Positions 59,539 through 64,000 of a stretch of 64,000 bases of DNA are shown one piece after another (positions within the stretch are counted from its first letter, which is position 1; each line of letters begins with the position of its first letter). The translations under genes and the position numbers were made by a program. Below the pieces are notes generated by a model, which saw only the letters and a list, made by a program, of their open reading frames with translations, did no database searches and was not told the DNA's origin. This stretch comes from Bacteroidota bacterium. GTDB taxonomy: Bacteria > Bacteroidota > Bacteroidia > Bacteroidales > CAIXZF01. The stretch lies in contig JBAXPV010000007.1 in the NCBI GenBank assembly GCA_037132075.1, forward strand, positions 1-64,000, read 5' to 3'.

Positions 59539-62469
59539 TTAAAATTCAATGTTTAAGCCACCGATAATATTAATCGACTGAGGATAAGTTCCATAATCGA
59601 TCCCCATTTCAACAGCGTTGTTTCCATAGGCGCTCACTTCAGGGTCAAAGCCTTTGTATTTGGTAAAGGTCAGCAGGTTCTGGCCTGTGATGTAAACCTG
59701 GAGCTTTGAAATCCCTTTTATTTTCTTCTTGTTTTCGATGATTTTGTAGGAGAAGGTGATAGACTTCAGCCTCAGGTAAGAACCATCCTCAACGAAGCGG
59801 CTTGAGTTGTATACGTTATATACGTTGTTATTCCCAACAGCTTTTGGAATATCAGTATGTGTATTGGTTGGGGTCCATCGATCGAGCACCACTGTGCTTT
59901 GGTTTTTTGAATCGAACATCCCTTCAAGATCTACCCTTGTTGCGTTGTAGATGTCATTACCAAAGCTACCCTGGAAAAAGAATGAAAGGTCAAACTTCCC
60001 GTAGCTCATGTTGTTAGTGAAACCCAGGAAGCATTTGGGTTGGGCATGACCAATAACGGTTCGGTCGCCCGGATCAAAGATGCCATTGTGGTTCAGGTCG
60101 GCATATTTCATCATGCCGGTGGCAGGGTCAACGCCTTGTGACACATAGCCGTAAAAAGTCCCTAAAGGCAAACCGGCTTTCACGATAGAAACGTCCTGGT
60201 TGTTGCTGTAAATATTGCCAAAGTAATAAACATCAGAAATCTTTAACTCTTTCACCTTATTGCGGTTGAAAGAGATGTTGAAGTCAGTATCCCAGCGGAA
60301 TTTCTTGGCGATGTTCACGGTATTCAGGTTCAGTTCCAGTCCTTTGTTCTCCATGGTACCGGCATTGGTTTGTATGCTGGAGATAGGCATGGAAGTTGGA
60401 AGCTGAACATTCAATATTTCATCTGTTGTATATTTGTAATAGGCATCAATGTTAAGGGTGATCCGGGAATTCAACATCGACAGGTCAATTCCAATATTGG
60501 TTTGTGCTGTGGTTTCCCATTTCAGGTCAGGATTTCCATAAGTCGTCTGAACGGAAGAGGGGCCCGACAAAGGATTGGTGGGTGTTCTCCGGTAATAATC
60601 GGTGAGCCCGTACCTGGCATAATTGGGAATGCCTTCCTGGTTACCGTTTTTACCCCAGCCACCGCGCAGTTTAAGGTCATTGATGATGGTGACGTCTTTC
60701 ATGAAATCTTCACCCGAGATTCTCCATCCTGCGGAAAAAGCAGGCATGGTGCCCCAGGGGTTCGCCAGCTTGGAGGAGCCATCGCGACGAAGACTCAGAC
60801 TCAAATAATATTTGCTTTCATAGTCATAGGTTGCCCGTCCAAAGAATGAAGCCAGCGCCCATTCCTGAATATTGGTTGACGCACTGATGATATTCGCTGC
60901 ATTTAAGGTAGTTACAGAAACATCAGCAGGGAAGTCATTGCCACTGATATAGGAATCATTGCCTGAAAAATGCTGCATACTCGTCCCAACAAGGCCAGTA
61001 ACTTTATGTTTGCCAAATGATTGCGAATAGTTAAGGGTGTTCTCCCAAAGCCAGGTCATGTTGTTGTATTTGTCGGCCCTGCCAACACCATTCATGTTAC
61101 GGCCATAATTGGTCTTCCATGAGTCGAGGTAATAATCCCATTGGTGGGTGTTCATATCCAGACCAAAATTGGTCTTGAAGTTGAGTTCTTTCGTAATCTC
61201 AGCAGTAGCATTTAAAGTCCCGAAGAAGCGGAAGTCCATGGCTTTCTGGCTGGGTCCTTCCATATAAGCAATAGGGTTCTCCCAGGAATTCTGGAAGGGG
61301 TTAGGGTCATACTGCCCACTGCCGTCTTGCTTGTAGACATGAAGAAAAGGAGGTGTATTCAGTGTACTCATGATAACTCCGCCTCGTCCCGAACTGGCAT
61401 TGTCCTGGGTGTCTTTGGTCTTGGAATAAAGGATATTGAAACTACTTCCAAGTTTCAACCAGGGTCTGAGTTCATTATCCAGGTTCACCCTGAATGAATA
61501 ACGCTTGAATTCAGCGGGTTTCACCATACCAACGTCATTTAGGATACCCATTGAGGCGAAAAATCGGTTTTTCTCATTACCACCGGAGGCTGAGAGCTGG
61601 TAACTTTGGTTGTTACCTGTCCCGAAGACTTTGTTCCCCCAGTTGGTATAGTCTGTCCAGGATGGATCAAGCGTCCCTGGCGCAATTTCATTGATCAGTG
61701 CGCGGTATTGTTTGGTATTGAGCACATCTATCGGTTTACGAAGCCAGGAAAAACCGAAATAGGTATTAAATTTAATGACAGGTGTATTTTCTTTTCCACG
61801 ATATGTGGTGATGGTCACGACGCCATTGGCAGCCCTGGCTCCATAGATCGCAGCGGAGGAAGCATCTTTAAGAACACTCATGGAGGCAATATCCGAAGGA
61901 TTTAGTCCACGGATATCTGTTGTCGGGACGCCATCAACCACATAGAGTGGCTCATTGCCGGCAAGTACCGAGGTTGTTCCGCGGACATGGACTGAGATGT
62001 CACCACCAGGTTTCCCGGAAGGCTGAACTACTTGTACACCTGCTGCTTTCCCTTGCAGAGCCTGCGATGCCGTAGAAATAGGTCGTGACTGAATATCTTT
62101 TTCACTGACTGTTGAAACAGCAGTGGTCAGGTCTTTCTTGACTTGTGTTCCATAACCGATTACAACAACTTCATTGAGGAGGTTGACTTTCTCCTGAAGC
62201 ACTACGTTGATTATGGTCTGGTTTTCTATCTTTATTTCCTGTGACATAAAACCGATAAAGCTGAATTTCAGAACACCTTTGTCGGCGCTAATTTTATACT
62301 GCCCGTCGATGTCGGTCGTCGTCCCTTTACTTGTCTCAAGTAACTGTACCGTAACTCCTGGAATAGTGATCCCGCTTGCATCCGTCACTTTACCTGTGAT
62401 AGCACGGTTTTGGGCGAATCCGGATAATGACAAAACGAGTAGAAAAAGCAGGGTAAAGGTTCTAATCAT
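59539..62469 (-). CDS. SusC/RagA-family TonB-dependent transporter (second pair)
   Basis: Signal peptide, N-terminal extension domain, plug (DIASMSVLKDASSAAIYGARAANGVVTITT), barrel and a C-terminal F. Confidence 0.9.
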   Translation of the reverse strand: MIRTFTLLFLLVLSLSGFAQNRAITGKVTDASGITIPGVTVQLLETSKGTTTDIDGQYKISADKGVLKFSFIGFMSQEIKIENQTIINVVLQEKVNLLNEVVVIGYGTQVKKDLTTAVSTVSEKDIQSRPISTASQALQGKAAGVQVVQPSGKPGGDISVHVRGTTSVLAGNEPLYVVDGVPTTDIRGLNPSDIASMSVLKDASSAAIYGARAANGVVTITTYRGKENTPVIKFNTYFGFSWLRKPIDVLNTKQYRALINEIAPGTLDPSWTDYTNWGNKVFGTGNNQSYQLSASGGNEKNRFFASMGILNDVGMVKPAEFKRYSFRVNLDNELRPWLKLGSSFNILYSKTKDTQDNASSGRGGVIMSTLNTPPFLHVYKQDGSGQYDPNPFQNSWENPIAYMEGPSQKAMDFRFFGTLNATAEITKELNFKTNFGLDMNTHQWDYYLDSWKTNYGRNMNGVGRADKYNNMTWLWENTLNYSQSFGKHKVTGLVGTSMQHFSGNDSYISGNDFPADVSVTTLNAANIISASTNIQEWALASFFGRATYDYESKYYLSLSLRRDGSSKLANPWGTMPAFSAGWRISGEDFMKDVTIINDLKLRGGWGKNGNQEGIPNYARYGLTDYYRRTPTNPLSGPSSVQTTYGNPDLKWETTAQTNIGIDLSMLNSRITLNIDAYYKYTTDEILNVQLPTSMPISSIQTNAGTMENKGLELNLNTVNIAKKFRWDTDFNISFNRNKVKELKISDVYYFGNIYSNNQDVSIVKAGLPLGTFYGYVSQGVDPATGMMKYADLNHNGIFDPGDRTVIGHAQPKCFLGFTNNMSYGKFDLSFFFQGSFGNDIYNATRVDLEGMFDSKNQSTVVLDRWTPTNTHTDIPKAVGNNNVYNVYNSSRFVEDGSYLRLKSITFSYKIIENKKKIKGISKLQVYITGQNLLTFTKYKGFDPEVSAYGNNAVEMGIDYGTYPQSINIIGGLNIEF

Positions 62470-62487
62470 ATTTAAAGGGGTTAGATA

Positions 62488-63543
62488 TTATTGAAGAATT
62501 AATTTATGGGTTTGGGTGCTTGAGCCTGCTGACAGTGTAATGAAGTACATTCCTTTGGGCAAGGAACTGACATCAAACGTATTTATGTCATTACTTGCTT
62601 GAAAATGAAACACATCAGCTCCAGTTAGGTTGTAAATTGTTCCTTGAATCTTTTTTCCAGCGGGGATCTTGATCTGTATTTTACCATTGCTGGGGTTAGG
62701 CATAAATGATAGGGTCTTCCCATCGTTCGAAGGAAATTCTTCGATGGCAGAAGAGGGTGCATAAACTCTTACATAGTCAATTTCCATACGAGCTACGCTG
62801 AGTGCAGGATCTATTCCATTTTTTAAACCATTGGTTTCATACTGTGGGTCGCTGCCCCAGTTGCCACCCATGGCGACATTCATGATGATAAAACAGGGAT
62901 TGTAAAAAGGCCAGGTGGCGTTGTTTTTAACAGGAGGGTTATAGGTGTAAAAGATGTTCCCGTCGATGCTGAATTCAATTTTTTCAGCAGTCCAGTTGGC
63001 TGCATAAACGTGAAATTGAGTCGTTGCGTTATAGATAAAGGTATTGCTGGTGTTGATGGTATTCCCACTACTGGAGGTGGTATGGATAGAGCTGTGGATA
63101 TATCCCTGGTGTTTTCCTACATGTTCCATCACATCGACTTCTCCGCATCCAGGCCATCCGGCACCGGTGAACAGGGATTCTCCGAGCATCCAAAGTGCAG
63201 GCCAGGTGCCGATTCCAGCCGGGATTTTAGCTCTGTATTCTATCTTTCCATAAGTAAAATTGAATTTGTTGTGGGAGATGAGCCTGGCAGAAGTCCAGGC
63301 ATTCCCTACTTTATGCGCTTCAATGACAAGATTCCCACTCTCCTGGCGTACGTTATACGCAACGCTGGTATAGGTTTGAATTTCGTTGTTACCCCAGCCT
63401 CCGGCTCCAAGGTCAAAACCCCAGTTAAGGGAGTTAGGAGATCCGGTTCCATCGAATTCATCGGACCAGATAAGCTGCTCTTGTTGTTGAGCCTTGATGC
63501 TTGTAGACATCAGGATAAGGAATACAATAACAAATACTCTCAT
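62488..63543 (-). CDS. Glycoside hydrolase family 16 beta-glucanase (laminarinase-like) with a T9SS type-A CTD
   Basis: Signal peptide. GH16 catalytic motif GEVDVMEHVG (ExDxxE). C-terminal MPNPSNGKIQIK...LPKGMYFITL sorting domain. Confidence 0.85.
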   Translation of the reverse strand: MRVFVIVFLILMSTSIKAQQQEQLIWSDEFDGTGSPNSLNWGFDLGAGGWGNNEIQTYTSVAYNVRQESGNLVIEAHKVGNAWTSARLISHNKFNFTYGKIEYRAKIPAGIGTWPALWMLGESLFTGAGWPGCGEVDVMEHVGKHQGYIHSSIHTTSSSGNTINTSNTFIYNATTQFHVYAANWTAEKIEFSIDGNIFYTYNPPVKNNATWPFYNPCFIIMNVAMGGNWGSDPQYETNGLKNGIDPALSVARMEIDYVRVYAPSSAIEEFPSNDGKTLSFMPNPSNGKIQIKIPAGKKIQGTIYNLTGADVFHFQASNDINTFDVSSLPKGMYFITLSAGSSTQTHKLILQ

Positions 63544-63627
63544 AATACCTGTGTTGCATCATGATAAAATCAAGAGTGAGACAGATTGCTCACTCTTGAT
63601 TTTTACCAGACAAATTAAAAAAAAATT

Positions 63628-64000
63628 CTAACGTTCCAGAATCACTGACCAGGCAGCGCTTCCGTCATGCCCTGCAGAGATGTCAACAGAAACAAGAAGG
63701 TACTGATGTGTGCCTGAGTTGGCATACGCAATAACTTCATATTTGTTGGTTGGATTTCCTCCATTGGGTGGGTTTGCACCGGCAGTGTTTTCTCCACCAT
63801 AATATCCTTTGTAGAATCCAAGGAAAGCAGCTTTACCAGCACCATTGGTCAGGGTTATGATTGGATTTGTGCCGCCTGCAGCAGGCGTGAACACATACGA
63901 ATGGGTACCGCTTCCAAACATGGCACCATTGCCACTGGCTGCGATTGCGGCGTCGTCCCAGCATCCGTTAGGCGCACCCATATAACCATCGTTACGGGCA
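63628..64000 (-). CDS. C-terminal part of a Gly/Asn-rich secreted protein of unknown function (gene continues beyond window end)
   Basis: The open frame runs to the window edge. The stop is at 63628. No recognisable motif. Confidence 0.35.
   Translation of the reverse strand, partial: ARNDGYMGAPNGCWDDAAIAASGNGAMFGSGTHSYVFTPAAGGTNPIITLTNGAGKAAFLGFYKGYYGGENTAGANPPNGGNPTNKYEVIAYANSGTHQYLLVSVDISAGHDGSAAWSVILER

Overview
This 64 kb window looks like Bacteroidota chromosome. The evidence is the SusC/SusD pairs, several T9SS C-terminal sorting domains and the gene families present. It has two functional halves.

Half 1 (about 0.1–41 kb) is a large surface-polysaccharide (EPS/O-antigen-like) biosynthesis locus. 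It carries a WecA/MraY-family initiating transferase, a PglF/CapD-type UDP-sugar 4,6-dehydratase, Ugd, UDP-glucuronate decarboxylase, GalE and RfbB. It has about seven glycosyltransferases (GT2 and GT4, one with a QxxRW processive motif). It has a hexapeptide acetyltransferase, an FkbM methyltransferase, a Wzx flippase, a Wzy-like polymerase and a Wzc/GumC-like co-polymerase. A receiver-domain-fused priming sugar phosphotransferase sits next to an orphan CheY-like regulator. A T9SS-secreted beta-helix protein closes the locus.

Embedded in this locus is an unusual Dlt-like cassette. It has two ANL adenylating enzymes, one with a fused carrier-protein domain, then an SGNH/DltD-AlgX-like protein and an MBOAT (DltB/AlgI-like). 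Directly after it come a short hidden ORF and a radical-SAM/SPASM-twitch enzyme. This is the most interesting candidate system in the window.

Other contents of half 1 are a frameshift-split flotillin (SPFH) gene, a large T9SS type-B adhesin with SprB-type and Ig-like tandem repeats, an M1 aminopeptidase, an Hpt protein, a GIY-YIG nuclease remnant, and an LruC-domain lipoprotein bracketed by two copies of a MITE-like element.

Half 2 (43.8–64 kb) is a beta-glucan polysaccharide-utilization locus on the minus strand. It has a hybrid sensor histidine kinase (no AraC output), GH30 x2, a GH5-CBM protein with a T9SS CTD, two SusC/SusD pairs and a GH16 laminarinase-like enzyme with a T9SS CTD. It also has a partial gene at the window edge.

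No rRNA, tRNA or CRISPR array was found. Most short antisense ORFs in the supplied track are judged spurious.
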